Origin: Toensbergia leucococca
Lineage: Eukaryota
NCBI GenBank assembly: GCA_022813965.1
Contig: JALDZS010000086.1
Coordinates: 1 to 64,000, forward strand
DNA length: 64,000 nt
Direction of reading: 5' to 3'
The position numbers were made by a program, and so were the translations under genes. The notes below the pieces were generated by a model. The model was not told the DNA's origin. It saw only the letters and a list, made by a program, of their open reading frames with translations, and made no database searches. Shown piece after piece: positions 13,199 to 26,811 of the stretch (its first letter is position 1; each line of letters starts with the position of its first letter).

Positions 13199-16100
13199 AT
13201 GTCATGGGCCGATTCCTCCCCTGGCATGCAAGCAGGTCGCATTCCTGTGAAGGGCCATCACCCCGAAGAAGATGACGCTCAATACCCTAAACGGCCCGAG
13301 CAGCGGAAGAAGGTTGTGGTCGTGGGACTGGGTATGGTGGGAATTGCCTTCATGTGAGCCGTCTCCTCCCAAAGATGATTTTACAATGCTAATATATGAG
13401 GCCTTAGTGAAAAACTCATTAAGATGGATTCGAAGAGACGGGAATACGATATTGTGGTGATTGGCGAGGAAGCCCATGTTGCGTACAATCGCGTAGGTTT
13501 AACGAGTTTCTTCCAACATCGAAAGGTGGAGAATCTCTATTTGAATCCGAAAGAATGGGTATGTCAAAACAAAACCACATTCCCATTACCTTGACGGATA
13601 GATTCTTGTAGCTCATACAAAGGATCTAGTATGCCGGCATGCCTGAAGGCGCTTTGAATTATCACCTCAATACTACGGTAACCTCTATCCATCCTGAACA
13701 ACGAGTCGTCTCCACCTCCACCGGCGATACAGTCCCATATGACATTCTTGTTCTCGCTACAGGATCCGACGCGCTCCTACCGAGGCATACCCCTGGCCAC
13801 GATGCCAAGGGTGTCTTTGTGTACCGTACAATTGACGACTTAGAAAAATTGATAAACTTTGCCGATACCGTTCCAGGCAGCGCAGGTGCGGTAGTAGGTG
13901 GAGGCTTACTTGGGCTTGAAGCCGCGAAAGCGATGATGGACCTTGAGAGTTTTAAAAAGGTCAGTCTCATTGAGCGGAATAGGTGGGTATTAAGTCGACA
14001 ACTCGATGGGGATGCAGGAGGTATGGTTGTGGATCTTGTGCGGCAATTAGGGTTGGACGTACTGCTCAGCAAACGAGTGGGCAAGATTGAAGTTGACGAC
14101 GAAAACGCGGTCAAGGGGGTTGTTTTTGAAGATGGCGAACGCATGGACTGTAAATGTCTCATGTTTGCAATTGGTATCAAAGCTCGTGATGAGTTGGCCA
14201 GGAAAGTAGGGATCAAGTGTGCGGACAGAGGGGGAGGAATCGTCATAAATCCCGACCTTATGACGAGTGAACAGGATATCTATGCCATAGGTGAATGTGC
14301 AAGTTGGGAAAGTCAGACTTTCGGCCTGATTGCACCGGGGATCGAGATGGCGGATGTACTGGCTTTCAACTTGACACAGGCTAAGGTACATACGCCAAGG
14401 AAGTTCAAGAGGCCGGACCTTAGCACGAAGTTAAAGTTATTGGGCGTGGAAGTTGCGAGTTTTGGAGATTTCTTCGCGGACAGAGATGGGCCAAAGGAAT
14501 TGCCAAACAAGAGACACGGAGCGAAAACAAAAGAAGTGACTACTGGTGCTGAGGAGAGGGTGAAGCGTATCACTGATGGGCCACCGCCTTCACCAGTGAA
14601 AGCACTCACATACAAAGATCCTTTCCAGTCAGTATACAAGAAGTATCTGTTTACAATGGACGGAAAATATCTTCTAGGTGGTATGATGATTGGTGACACC
14701 AAGGACTATGTCAAGCTGGTGCCTATGGTGAAGAGCCAAAAGGCGTTGGAGGTTCCGCCGAGTCAATTCATACTGGGAGCATCAAAGGAAGGAGAAGATG
14801 ATGCGGATGATTTGCTGGATGATACCCAGATTTGCTCCTGTCATAATGTCACCAAGGGCGACGTGGCGAAGGTGGTCAAGGATGGGACGTGTAAAAGCAT
14901 CGGGGATGTCAAGTCGTGTACAAAGGCTGGGACGGGCTGCGGTGGGTGTATGCCACTCGTGCAATCAATCTTCAATAAGGAGATGAAGATCATGGGATCC
15001 GAAGTCTTGAACCATCTTTGCCCGCACTTTGCCTATTCGCGAGCGGACCTTTTCCACATAATTTACGTCAAAAAGTTGCAGAGCTTTCCTGAAATCATGA
15101 AGGAGTGTGGCAAGGACGCAGATTCGTTGGGCTGCGAAGCGTGCAAACCAACCATTGGCTCGATCCTCTCGTCGCTGTACAACAAACATATCATGGATAA
15201 ACCTTTGAACGGTCTTCAGGAGACAAACGATAAGTTCCTTGCCAACATTCAACGAAACGGTACCTTTTCGGTCATTCCACGAGTATCTGGCGGAGAGATC
15301 ACTCCTGATAAGCTAATTGTTATTGGGACTGTAGCGAAGAAGTATGGTCTTTACTGCAAAGTTACTGGAGGTCAGCGTCTTGATCTCTTTGGTGCGAAGA
15401 AGCAAGATCTTGTTGATATTTGGACCGAATTGGTCAATGGAGGCATGGAGTCAGGTCATGGTTATGCAAAGTCTCTTCGAACGGTCAAATCATGCGTGGG
15501 TACAACCTGGTGCCGATTTGGAGTCGGTGACAGTGTGGGAATGGCTGTGAGATTAGAAGAGCGCTACAAGAGTATTCGGTCTCCGCATAAGATGAAGGGA
15601 GGAGTGTCAGGCTGTGTCAGAGAATGCGCCGAGGCTCAGAACAAAGACTTTGGTCTGATTGCAACTGACAAGGGCTATAATGTCTTTGTTGGAGGTAATG
15701 GCGGTGCCAAACCGCGGCATTCCGAGCTTCTCGCAAAGGATGTACCCCCTGATGATGTTGTCCCTATCCTCGATCGCTACTTGATGTTCTACATTCGCAC
15801 AGCCGACAAACTTCAACGTACTGCCCGCTGGATCGAGCAGCTTCCCGGCGGTATCCAATACCTGCGCGAAGTCATTCTTGAAGACAAATTGGGCATCTGC
15901 GCCGAACTGGAAAAGCAAATGAATGAATTGATCGGCACATTCTTTTGCGAATGGACAGAAGTCATCAACAACCCTGAACGCCGCAAAGCCTTCCAGCAAT
16001 TTGGCAATACAACCGATACCCTCGACACCATGGAAACGGTCCAAGAGCGCGGGCAAGAAAGGCCTACCTACTGGGCCAAGGACTCGGCGACCGAGGACTT

Positions 16101-16677
16101 TAGGGGCACGAAATGGAGCGAACTTACATGGCAGCCTATCATTGAGGCCAGTCATTTCGCCGACACTGCGACAGGCAGCAGTGCCAATGTCAAACGAGGA
16201 GATACGCAATTAGCCATTTTCAAGATCAAGGGCAAATACTACGCTACTCAGCAAATGTGCCCTCACAGAAGAGCCTTCGCACTCAGCGACGGCATAATCG
16301 GCGATGATGTCGCAAACAACAAGCTATGGATATCATGCCCCTTTCACAAGCGCAATTACACCTTGAACGGCGAGAATGCCGGCAAATGCGGAAATGATGA
16401 CAACGTGAACATTGCCACTTTCCCTGTCGAGGCTAGAGATGACGGCTTTGTCTATCTAAAATTACCGCCTGTCGAGGAACTGGATGGTGTGCTTGGGACG
16501 ACGAAGTGGATGGTGAAGAAGGGAGAGACGGAGGATCCATATCGGAAGCTGGATGAGAAGTTGAAGGGAATGAAGGGGAGGAAACCTTTTGAGGAGAGTC
16601 ATTTGCCGGGTGGGATGGGAGAGAAGGCGGCGGCTAAATCGATACTTGCTGGTGGGGAGGGAGGGATGGATTGGTAG
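13199..16677 (+). CDS. niiA: Assimilatory nitrite reductase (NAD(P)H, siroheme) with C-terminal Rieske-like domain
   Basis: [65 protein letters not shown]. Introns 13354-13407 and 13559-13629. Confidence 0.97.
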
Positions 16678-16842
16678 GGTTAATACTGGGTGTTGTACAT
16701 TAAAAGATCCGTGATATAGACGAATAATACATCTCTTCTGCTTTTCTTCAATCACACCTAATCTACAATGATACTACGACAAAGCATCCTTCATCACCTC
16801 ATTTGATTCTCCACATTTGGAAAAAACTTTGGTACCAAGGCC

Positions 16843-17778
16843 ATGCCAACCTCACAAAGCCAATCCATTACGTCAGAACACCGCACCAAAATACCCCCCC
16901 ACCCCCTCTACAACAAATCCTTCCACCTGACCCGCCTCTCCCCCCTCCACACCCCCACCTCCCTCCTCAGCGCCCCCTCCCTCCTCAGCGCCCCCTCCCT
17001 CGAAACCCACGCCCACCGCCTCGCCTCCCTCCTCCGCATCCCTAACCCCACCAAAACACCAGCCGCCAATCACGGCACCCTAACAAGCTGCACCTGGCGC
17101 TCCCTCCTCCACCCCCCCAACAACTCCAACGAGGAAGAAGAAGAAGAAGAAGCAGAAGACCCCGATGACAGCGACGAATTAGGCCTCGTGGGCATCCACA
17201 TCGCGCTCACCTTCTCCCCAGCTCCAGCAACAGCAACAGCCCTCCTCCTCTCCTCCTCCACCACCACCACCCACCACCACGAAAACGAAAACGAATCCCT
17301 CCACCTCCCACTCCTCTTAACCCACATGCCCGCCCCAACCAAACAAACCCTCCTCCACTACCTCCACACAACCTTCGACACCCTCTCCTTCCCCCTCTCT
17401 CTCCCCACCCACTTCCTCACCCGCTCTCTCTCGACCTGGATCCAGACCGTTGGTGTCGAGGAAGTGGGGGATGTAAGTGTTTTGTTCGAAGGGTTAGGGC
17501 AGGGAGTTAGGGGGATGGAGGTACGGGTTTCGGCGGCGGATGTTGGGGGGGTTGTGGAGAGGGGGGGAGGCGGGTTTTGGGCGGGGTTGGAAGGGTATTT
17601 GAGGGGGGTTGTGGGGGTTGAGGTGATGGGTTTGAGGGTGAGGAGGGTGGGGTGTGAGGGGTTGGGGTGTGGGGAGGGGAGGGTTTGGGTTGGGGAGGGG
17701 GTGGGGGTTAGGGGGTTTGTTGGGGGTTTGGTTGAGGAGGCGGGGAGGGGGGTTGGGGGGGAAGGGGGGGAGGTGTGA
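16843..17778 (+). CDS. FTA1: Probable kinetochore Sim4-complex subunit Fta1 / CENP-L
   Basis: N-terminal PLYNKSFHLTRLSPLH and LPLLLTHMPA..LLHYLHTTFD resemble fungal Fta1/CENP-L. Single ORF with extreme compositional skew. Confidence 0.65.
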   Translation: MPTSQSQSITSEHRTKIPPHPLYNKSFHLTRLSPLHTPTSLLSAPSLLSAPSLETHAHRLASLLRIPNPTKTPAANHGTLTSCTWRSLLHPPNNSNEEEEEEEAEDPDDSDELGLVGIHIALTFSPAPATATALLLSSSTTTTHHHENENESLHLPLLLTHMPAPTKQTLLHYLHTTFDTLSFPLSLPTHFLTRSLSTWIQTVGVEEVGDVSVLFEGLGQGVRGMEVRVSAADVGGVVERGGGGFWAGLEGYLRGVVGVEVMGLRVRRVGCEGLGCGEGRVWVGEGVGVRGFVGGLVEEAGRGVGGEGGEV

Positions 17779-17984
17779 GGGGGAGGGAGGTTTGAGGGGT
17801 TGGGGCTGGGGTGAAGTGAGGGACTTGCTGAGAGGGGGTGATGAGGCGAAAGAGGATTATAAGGATTTGGTGAGTCTTGTTTCCGATTTTCAAAGGGATC
17901 TTCCATTCTCTCGATTTCCGAACCTTAACATCAAAACCTCAACCCCTTAACCCCCCCTCTTTACCCTCACTTCCCCTCCCACTC

Positions 17985-18016
17985 CCCCTCTAAAACCCCT
18001 CTAAAACCCCTCTAAA
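17985..18016. repeat. Short tandem repeat (CCCCTCTAAAA) x ~3
   Basis: Direct sequence inspection. Confidence 0.75.
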
Positions 18017-18147
18017 CCCACAAACCCAAAGAGCTCAAACAAAATCCTCTCTCTCAATATCAATTATTGTTTTAAAAAACAATCAGGCTGCTTCCAATGC
18101 AAAAGAAATGCAAACTCCTTATCAAAGTGATAAAGGAAAAGATAGTT

Positions 18148-18193
18148 GCAGCAGCAGGAGGAGGAGGAGGAGGAGGAGGAGGAGGAGGAGGAG
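18148..18193. repeat. (GCA)3(GGA)n trinucleotide microsatellite in the convergent FTA1-Hsp88 intergenic region
   Basis: Direct sequence inspection. Confidence 0.9.
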
Positions 18194-18485
18194 ATGAGAT
18201 CAGGGAATTCTGACCGTAAGGTTTTGTGGGGGATGTGGTGGTGGGGATGGGGAAAGGGAAAGGTGCTATTAGGATTGGTCAAAAGAGACAAAATTCTCAA
18301 CCCTCGGAATTCTATCATAAATCTATCGTTAATTCAAAGGAAAAAAGCTCGCACACATGTCGATGCAGGGGGGCGTACAAACAAGTGGAGGAGTGAGAGA
18401 GGTTTTCGAAAAAAGCACAAGAAAAGCAAAATCGCCCACACGCTCGGCTCCGAATCCATGCTTGCTACTAATCCCCCCCTCAAGT

Positions 18486-21067
18486 CTATTTCCCCCCCTC
18501 AGCAGGCTCCTCCACCCCATCCGGCTGCACAACGTCCGCGTCCTTCATGTCCGTATCTTCGGTAAGATCCACCGGATTCGCGCCATTGGTCCCTTTGCTA
18601 TCTTTATCCTTCTTCGGCTCCGCCGCCTTCTTTGCGTCCTCTTCGGCCTTTTTCTTCGCTTCAACCTCGGCCCTCTTCTTGGCCAATTTTTCTTCTTCCA
18701 CTTTTAATACGGCTTGTCGCTCTTCTTCGATCTTGTCTTGATACCGTGCGACAATCGGTCCGGCGACGAATCGGATGTCGTCCATTTTGGAAATGTAGAC
18801 GGCTTTTGTGGCATCCTCACCGTCTTCGTAAAGCCAATCCTGACAATCCATGTCAGCATTTTCATGGCGTCACATGTATCTACACTCTGTACATACCTCA
18901 CTCTGTTCCAACTTGTCCTTCAACTTCGATTTCTCTTCGTCGCTCGCAAATTCGGAATATTGATCATCAATCTTCCCTCTCAATTCGTAGATGAAGCTCT
19001 CGAGCTCGTTCTTCTTGTCTTCTGTATCCGCGACAAGTTTGTCTTCCATAAACATGGAATTCTCCTTCTCGGCTGCGGTATCTTTCGTTGCCTGGTCCAA
19101 CGAAGCAGTACCGGCTGATAACGGTAGATCGCCCTTGCGAACCTGTTTCTTCACCTTTCGTGTTTTTGGTTTGGGGTCGGCGCTGCCGTTCGGTGCATCT
19201 GTCTCCATGGCCTGATTCGAAGGTCGTGTTAGTGACTTTTGCTCAGATGATTTTCGCTTGAAACCAGCGCGCGCGTTGTTGAACATCGTCTTAAATCTCG
19301 AAGGTGGAACTTCCTCGTCCTTGATAGACCCAACGGACAACCCGTCATTTGCGAAAATAGAAGAGAATGGATAAGGGATAGTTGCAACTTACATCAACGT
19401 CCTTCTTTTCTCCTTCCTTCTCTTCGGGTATCGGCTCCTCAACTTCAATGTCTTCTACGAAATAACCAGACTCGACGTTTAAAACACCATGTAAATTAAG
19501 GCGCGCTTTGAGCTTGCAGATCATAAAGTCGTCCTTTGAGTCTGCCTTGACTCCTTTGACGGAAAATCGCCCAATCCAAGGGTTCATTTTGCCAGGTAGC
19601 ATGTCTGGTTTTGCATACTTTGCTTCTAGGTCAAAAGGCTGCTTTCGATAAAATGTGAGAATTTTAGTTGACGGCATAACGTTGCCTTTATTGAAGACGG
19701 TTAGGCTAGTGTCTTCATCTGGTATATCGGGAGATTGTTCCCAGTTGAATTCAATTGGGTAGTTGACTATGTCGTGGACCGAGAAGTCACGGACGCGGAA
19801 AACGGGTGAGAGGATGGCACAACTGAATGCGCAACCACGGGCTACAGCTTCGTCCTGGTTGAGAGTGAAGGATAAAGGCTTGTTGAAAAACTTGCTGATT
19901 CTGTCTTTGAGAGACGGAACTCGAGTACATCCGCCAACCATCTCAACAGCATCGATATCTTCAATCTTGAGTTTTGCCTCTGCTAGAGCTTGCTCGAGGG
20001 GTGCCGTAGCACGTTCGAGTAGGGGCTTGAGTAGTTCTTCCAGCTCTTCACGCTTCATCATCCCCGAAACGTCAACGTCATTCATAAGAGACTCGATGCT
20101 GATGGGAGCTTGAGCGTTGGCCGATAGGATCTTCTTCATCTTTTCCGCTGCAGCTGCAACACGCACAAGCGCCTTCGGGTTCGTGTTGATGTCAATCTTG
20201 TACTTTTCTTTGAACTCCTTTGCAAAATGATCCACGAGCGCCTTGTCGAAGTTTCGCCCACCAAAGTGCCTATCATACGCTGTGGACTTTACTGCCAATT
20301 CGCCTTTCTTAAACTCTACAATGGCGCATGTGTAATTGCTGTGACCAATATCCACAAATGCTACACGTCTTGGCTTCTCCTCAGCAGTGGGAAGATCAAG
20401 CTTCGTGATGCCGTAACCTAGGGCGGTAGCAGTCGTATCGTTGATCAACCTCAACAATTTTAGACCAGCAATCTCTGCTGCGTCCATTAAGCTCCTACGC
20501 TGTACATCTGTAAACCATGGTGGAACACTGATGACAATGTCGGAGACGGGTAGTTTGAGCTCTGCGGATGCGGTAGCTTTGATCTTACTAAAAAACATGG
20601 ACACTAGCTGGGTAGCTGTAAACGACTCTTTCTTGCCTAGATATGTGACCTCGGCGCCAACTTGACCGCTAATGTCAACGAGTTGAGCTGAGACATAGTC
20701 GCGCTCGATCTGTACATCCGGGTCGTTCAGAGCACGACCTGCTAATCGCTTGAGAGATCCGACGGTGTTTTTGAGATTGGAGATCTCTTGTGTCTTTGCC
20801 GGTTCGCCGAGATATCGACTCTTGGGTCCAAATCCCACTAGTGATCTGTCAGAAGCGTTGTCAGTATAGCAAGCAGCGATGAAGGTGGAAGGATATATAC
20901 GGTGTAGCTCGATTTGAGACCTCATTTGTAATCTGGAGCATTTGTTAGCCCAGGGAGTCTTCCTGATTATGTGCTCGAGAGTAGTCACGTACAACATCCA
21001 CACCACGATTCCGTGCCACAGCTATGACGGTGTTGAGAGTACCCAAATCGACGCCCACGACAGACAT
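18486..21067 (-). CDS. SSE1: Hsp110-family chaperone / nucleotide exchange factor (Hsp88/Sse1)
   Basis: Starts MSVVGVDLGTLNTVIAVARNRGVDV. Contains VDIGHSNY, VGGCTRVPSLK, TLNQDEAVARGCAFSCAILSPVFRVRDF and DKLVADTEDKKNELESFIYELR. Several short introns. Confidence 0.95.
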
Positions 21068-21245
21068 GCTGGCGGTGTTTGTAGCTTATCGGGGGCTTGG
21101 TTGATGGTACGAATTGAGCAACGATGCCACTGTGATGACGGCTTGTTAAAGCAGAAAGTTGTACAAGTGGGCGTGTGCGTGTGGAGCGAGAATGAATTTG
21201 TGGTGGTTCTGTGTCGAGCTCACCTACTGGTCAACCAAATAGTAT

Positions 21246-21275
21246 TTTCTGGAAACACACCGAAATTTCTCGAGC
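21246..21275. promoter_or_regulatory. Heat-shock element (nGAAn inverted arrays) upstream of Hsp88/SSE1
   Basis: TTCtgGAA (21247-21254) and GAAatTTCtcGAG (21262-21274), about 180-200 bp upstream of the ATG at 21067. Confidence 0.65.
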
Positions 21276-21684
21276 GAAAATGTTTAGCGTCATGGTTACC
21301 TTGTATGTATTCACACCGCAACAAACAAATGTCTACGAGTACCGGCGCTTGGAATATAGAAGACGAGTCGACCTCAGCCTTTCTCCGCCCTTTCATATTG
21401 CTTCTTCTTAGACTCTACTCGTAGGCTTTCGGTGCTTGTATTTGATCATGCATCCGCTACATATGTGAAAATATGTGAAAATTGAACCACCATTGACTTG
21501 GTCTTGTATTAGAAGACTGCTATAAGTCTATTCTATCCTTGGACTAATCGCTAGTCATGAATTAAACCCTTGAGACTTACTCATATGCCTCTTCTATTGA
21601 TGCCCGAAGCAAGAACGCCAGGTTATGCCGCTATAACAGTCGCAGCAATCAAATCTCTACTCCGACACCAACCCATGACAAAAC

Positions 21685-24453
21685 TTAGAATTTTGAACCT
21701 GATCGCTGCGTCTGATGTCTTCCGCGGCCATTTCTGTTCTCGAGTCTAGGACCCGATGTAGAAGATCTCGAAGAATCGTCCATCAAAGCCTCTCGCTGCT
21801 CCATTCGCTGGTCTAGTTCAATGTCCGCTCCATCGTCGGTAGTTGTCCGAATCAATGCTATTCTTCCTAGTGGGCTTCGTGCAGTCCTGATGTTTCTCGT
21901 TACAATGGGTGTCCGTTCACCTGGAGCGAGCAACGCTTCTGGCATCGTTAACTCGGCGTTTCCTAGCTCTGTCGACAGATGACTTGGATTCGTGGGGGTG
22001 AAATTTGGTGATCGAGAGCCTGGCGAGTTGGATTCGGCATAGCTGCTGGCTCTAGAATGCATTGCAGGCTTCGATCCTAGCGACTCAATGGAATCTGACC
22101 ACGTTTCTTTATTGCCCGTCTCGTCTCCCAAGTCGTACACGTGCCCTTGACACGATCCGTTCATGTAAGCACCACCGGGTTCCCGCTGAGCTTGTTGCGC
22201 AAAAAAGTACTTCCTTCGGTCCTCTTCGCCCATGATGCTCTCAACACGACGTGGCATGTAGACCGAATTACCCGCAGAGGCGCTTGTGACGAACGAATCA
22301 AAGGAGTCTCGAGGATGTAGAGGTATATGTGGAGCATTAGGGTCCCTTGGAAGCATGTTGGGAAGAGTGAGACCGGAATCATTATTTTGCATGTACCAGC
22401 CTCCAGGAAGACGTTCAGCTGGGGCAAAACGACCTTCGATATGGTCAGAAGGCTGTAGCGGTACTGCACTGGGGTGCTTCGCGGGGTGCCGTGCATCAAT
22501 AGCGGGCTTGAATGTCTCTGGTACGATATTGAGATCATCACCAGTGGCTTCAGCATGCTCAATAGCCTGTAGGGGCGTTGTTTGTGGATCGGCAGCTCCA
22601 GCATCCGCTCGAGGACCACCCCAAGTTCTCTGCCCTGCTGTAAAGATACCGTACACCATATAAACCCAGTTGAAGAAGGGATTGATGATAAACATTATCG
22701 GATACAACCAGAGTTTGTATCGATGAAGTTTGGCTCCAAAGTATAACATCAGGAGCCAATTAAGACCTAGCGATACCGCAATGAAACCCACTGGAAGATT
22801 CTTAATCTTGTTTTCCGTGGTGATGAGAGAAAGAATCATGATGAAAAACAGCAAGGCCGTGGTTCGAATGGTATTTTGCATGAATCGAACAATGCAAAGA
22901 AGAGGGTATCTTCTCCATAGGCGGATGTCCGTCAACATGCAAGCCTCATTCGTGATGAAGCCTAGAAACCATCTTCGTCGTTGTTTTAGAAGACTTCGAT
23001 ACGTTTGCACAGCTTCAGTTTTACAGAATGCACCAGTACACATCTGTATTTGATATCTTTCCTTTGCTCCGATCATGAACAAATGAGTCAACCATCGATC
23101 TTCACCTAGATGGCATTTACCGTAATCGAAGAGATCGTCGCATTGTTCTGCCTTGTCTGCAAAATAGTATTTCGCCATTTTCCTGAAAGCAGAGAAACGT
23201 AGCATGGTAAGTGCGCCTGGTAAACAGGTGACAGCGCCACAACCGGACTCAACCGAGCGTTCAAAAAGCTGACCATGAATATATTCCATATCTTGAAGTA
23301 GTGTGATCAAAGAATTTTTCTCCGTTGTGGCTGTGATCACCCCAGTCATAGCCAGCATGTTTTGTTTACTGCCAGGCTTGAGCTCCTAAGCAGAACACGA
23401 CTTGTCAGCTTTGGTCATGCATGGAGCTTTAGAGTATCAACAAGTTCAAAGGTAAAGAAACTAGGAAGAGGAATCAGTTTCCCCAAGAATGGCTTACCAT
23501 CTCATACATGAAATTTTGAATGCACACTTGATCCAAGATGCAATCTGAGTCGATGAAAAGGATGAAGAGGTTGTCATTCCGCTTGAGATACTCTGTATAG
23601 ATTTTGTCAATGAGTTTGAAGGTTGCCTTTTGACAATGCCGCTTTCCACCATGCGGAAATCTTGACACCGTCACCCTGGCCTGCCGGTACGTGACGTCGA
23701 TGCTCTTTGGATAGCTGTCCAAAGTTAAAGGCACTCCAAGCTTCTCGATTGTTTTCAGGTACAATTCGTCCTCCTGATCGCCATCAAATGAGAGGAAGAC
23801 GTGAAGACATGACGGAGGGTAGTCGCAATCCACGACCGAATCAACAGCTGTCAAAAGAACTTCTGGCGCTTCCTTGTATACCGGCATAACAATCACGGTC
23901 TTTGGTGCAGAACTCTCATCCAAGACTGTCTTTATTCGCTTTGTACGTCCTAATGAGTTTATGACAAGGCCATACACACAGAACAGCCATGGGACAGTGA
24001 GAAGTCCAGCGAAGGTCCAGAAAGCAAACCATTGAAGGATTGAGACCACCGATCTGGGGAAGTACTGCGTTACTTGCGCCGGAAGAGGTAGAGTGACGAT
24101 CATGATGGGGAGGAAGATAGCTCTACCTCAAGTGTGAGTATTTGCCTTGATCAAAGGCACATTAATGGCTCACCTCAAAGCCGTGAAAGTGAACATGATT
24201 ACCAAGGCCAGAAGTCGAATGCTCCAGTGTTCGGCCTTCTGGAATACCTTGACCAGGCAGTATAGAAAGGCTGCAAGCCAAAGAAACCACTCCAAAAACG
24301 CTGCGAGCATCACCGTACCCATAATGGCAACGTACACAACCTACTTCCAGTCAACAATTACCCCTTCCGCCGGCTCGCAAGTGGATTATCACTCACATCT
24401 TGTGTCGGCCATGGTGCCGTGATTGGGGGTACACTGTTACTGATCTCACTCAT
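21685..24453 (-). CDS. chsD: Chitin synthase, class VI / ChsD-type (GT2)
   Basis: LFIDSD, VTCLPGA, HLGEDRWLT, QRRRW, GQRTWGGPR. N-terminal TM segments. Start MSEISNSVPPITAPWPTQD|VVYVAIMG reconstructed across the intron at ~24341-24396. Confidence 0.9.
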
Positions 24454-26811
24454 CTTGAATAGTCAGAGTATACGGAGGGGATGAAGCAGTGGTAGTGAGA
24501 GGCAAAGGGCAAAAGGCGGTGTTTGTGCAGATAAGGGCGCTCGCAGTCCGTGGCGCACGTTGCCGGCAGTAGCAGCGCGTGGAAAGGCGGTCTAGATTAA
24601 CGGTAGATAGATCAGCTATTTCCTGATCGAGGTTTGACAGGTGTCGCAATAGGAAGGAGGAGTTGAAACAAACGGAAGCTCGTGGCAGATACTGACCTTG
24701 ATGCTGCAAGGAGTCTGGACCCTGAGCGGATACGAGCTTGTGGTACTTGAGTATTGTGCGATGTCTCACCGACTCGGCTCGAGGGTAGGACACACAGCGT
24801 GTGTACAACCTTAGCGGCCTACGGTTCGTAGCAATCAACTTTCAACCCAGTTGAAATGATGGTCGCAGATGTATATAGGTCAAGTCGGTGCGGCCCTTGA
24901 GACTAGTGTTGTTGAATTAAGTCGGGGAATGATAGGTAAGGTTGAGTACCCGTAACATGAGATTCACTGCAAGTCATCCATTAGTTTAGGTTAAAAATGA
25001 ATGAAAGATTTTCCTGCAGCTGCAAGATATTTTGGGAATGCATCTGGAAAGGTGGAGAGGCTGATGCAAGGCGCGTAGTACATCTGCACCAAGTGAATTA
25101 GGCACAAATAAAGGACATGCACAAGCAAAACAAGAACAAGTGAGTGCAAATCAACGAGTGACTTCAAAGGAAGTGAGAGAACAAGTTTGAGGAAGCTCAA
25201 AGGTCAGGTCAGAGAGCACGGACAGCATAGGGGATGTATCATGTATCAGACTATCAGGATGGTACGGAGCGGGCGGTAGAATAGTCACGTTATTGGTGGG
25301 AAACGGAGTCGATGCCATGTAGAGGACGGAGCCGATGATGTGTCGATGGCGGCAAGCGGTCCAGTTGTTTCGTCATGAATGCTTTACATTTTCGATCCAT
25401 CGACGACACCAGCGAGGTGAAGCACATCAGACCCGCCACGCTACTTCTAACCAATGAGCTGCAGGGAGGCCTTGTTCTTTACCCCTTAGGCCTTCCCCAA
25501 TTAGGTAACGCCAATCCATTGTTTGCTTGACGAATCGCTTTGTAAAGAACAGCAGATTGAACCTAAGGTAAGACATATGAATCATTGTAGAATATCTACA
25601 TACCTAGGTACTCCCCACTTCTTGAACTGCGCCATACTCGTACATCGTTCACTTCGTTCAAGAGAGGTCATGTCGCCCAAGCATTCAGGCTCAACTTGGT
25701 GCGCGAGCCGAGCCAGGCTTAATTTCGGAAGGATCGCATTAGGAGCGTCTTGATTTAGAAATTGGAAAAGCCATCGCGGAGAACCCTGTTCATCCAGTTC
25801 GTCAGGAATTAAATCCTCTCATCTTGTCTTGACACCATGACTGCCCAGGCACTTTTGCTCACACCCTTTTTCAGAATCACAACGTCATCTTCGTTGAAAT
25901 CTGCTGCATGGCACATGATCGGGAAATCCTGCTGCTGCTTGAGTCTATCAAGTCCGTGTTCAAGGCTAAAGGAAGATCGCATCTCCATCACTACGCCTAG
26001 TCTAAAGTTTTCAGGGACAGGCTTTCAAGGTACCTCTATTACTAGGTACTATTGTAATTGGAATACCCGTGGATACCTAGTGGGAACTTCACACATACCA
26101 CGGTAGCGACGAGCGTTTCAAAAGTGTCTCATCTATTTACAGTTTTAACAGATATTAGATATTTATTTTTTTTTTAACTCGGTTCTGCCATTGCAAGCCC
26201 TTGGTTCAATTCAGCCTGGTGCGAAGAATGTGGAGATGACTTTAGCATAAGGTACCTTCTCGACACGGATTAGCGAAGGTCGAATGAATCTGCTCAACTC
26301 ACGCTAGAACTATGGAAGCATTCCGACAACGTCTGGTGTATTAGATTCCATCTGTGCTTGCGCATATGCAAGTCAACCCACCCATCTCCGCATCTAGCGC
26401 GCCAGCCCCGACAGTCGACAGAGGCCAATAGAAAACAGGTTGAACATACATCGCCATCAATAGAACACGTCTGATCAAAGAGCGACAATCTGACACATTC
26501 GTGCTAGAAACAACTCGCGGACATCAACACCTTTTCTCCTGCATCCACCCTACGTCCCCGTGGAATGTATCCCGCCGCCGCCATGTGATCCCCCATCAGC
26601 TGCTGAGAACTTTTCGTACGTCCGGTCCGTACTTGCCATTGCTTTCGCTAAATTCGAGGTGTGCGAGCTTGGCCGACGATGTATTGGCCGTCGTCTGGGC
26701 AATTCTCGATGGCCAAATCGGCTGCCTCTTGACAACTAGAGTACTCAGCAGTCGAGTAAAGATGTTTTTTGGAGTGACAAGCTTGCTGGTATATGCAAGC
26801 AATCAGGCGTT

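Noticed and set aside
17358..17906. Pro-rich minus-strand ORF resembling an extensin
   Set aside because: Artefact of the G-rich tract antisense to FTA1
17985..18030. Telomere-like repeats (also 58481-58500 and 40195-40220)
   Set aside because: Not true (CCCTAA)n arrays, too short and degenerate; no telomerase-template context supportable
25740..26020. Protein-like minus-strand fragment upstream of chsD
   Set aside because: Short, interrupted and not assignable to any family
26180..26225. tRNA B-box-like GGTTCAATTC
   Set aside because: No acceptor stem, D-arm or A-box can be built; not a tRNA
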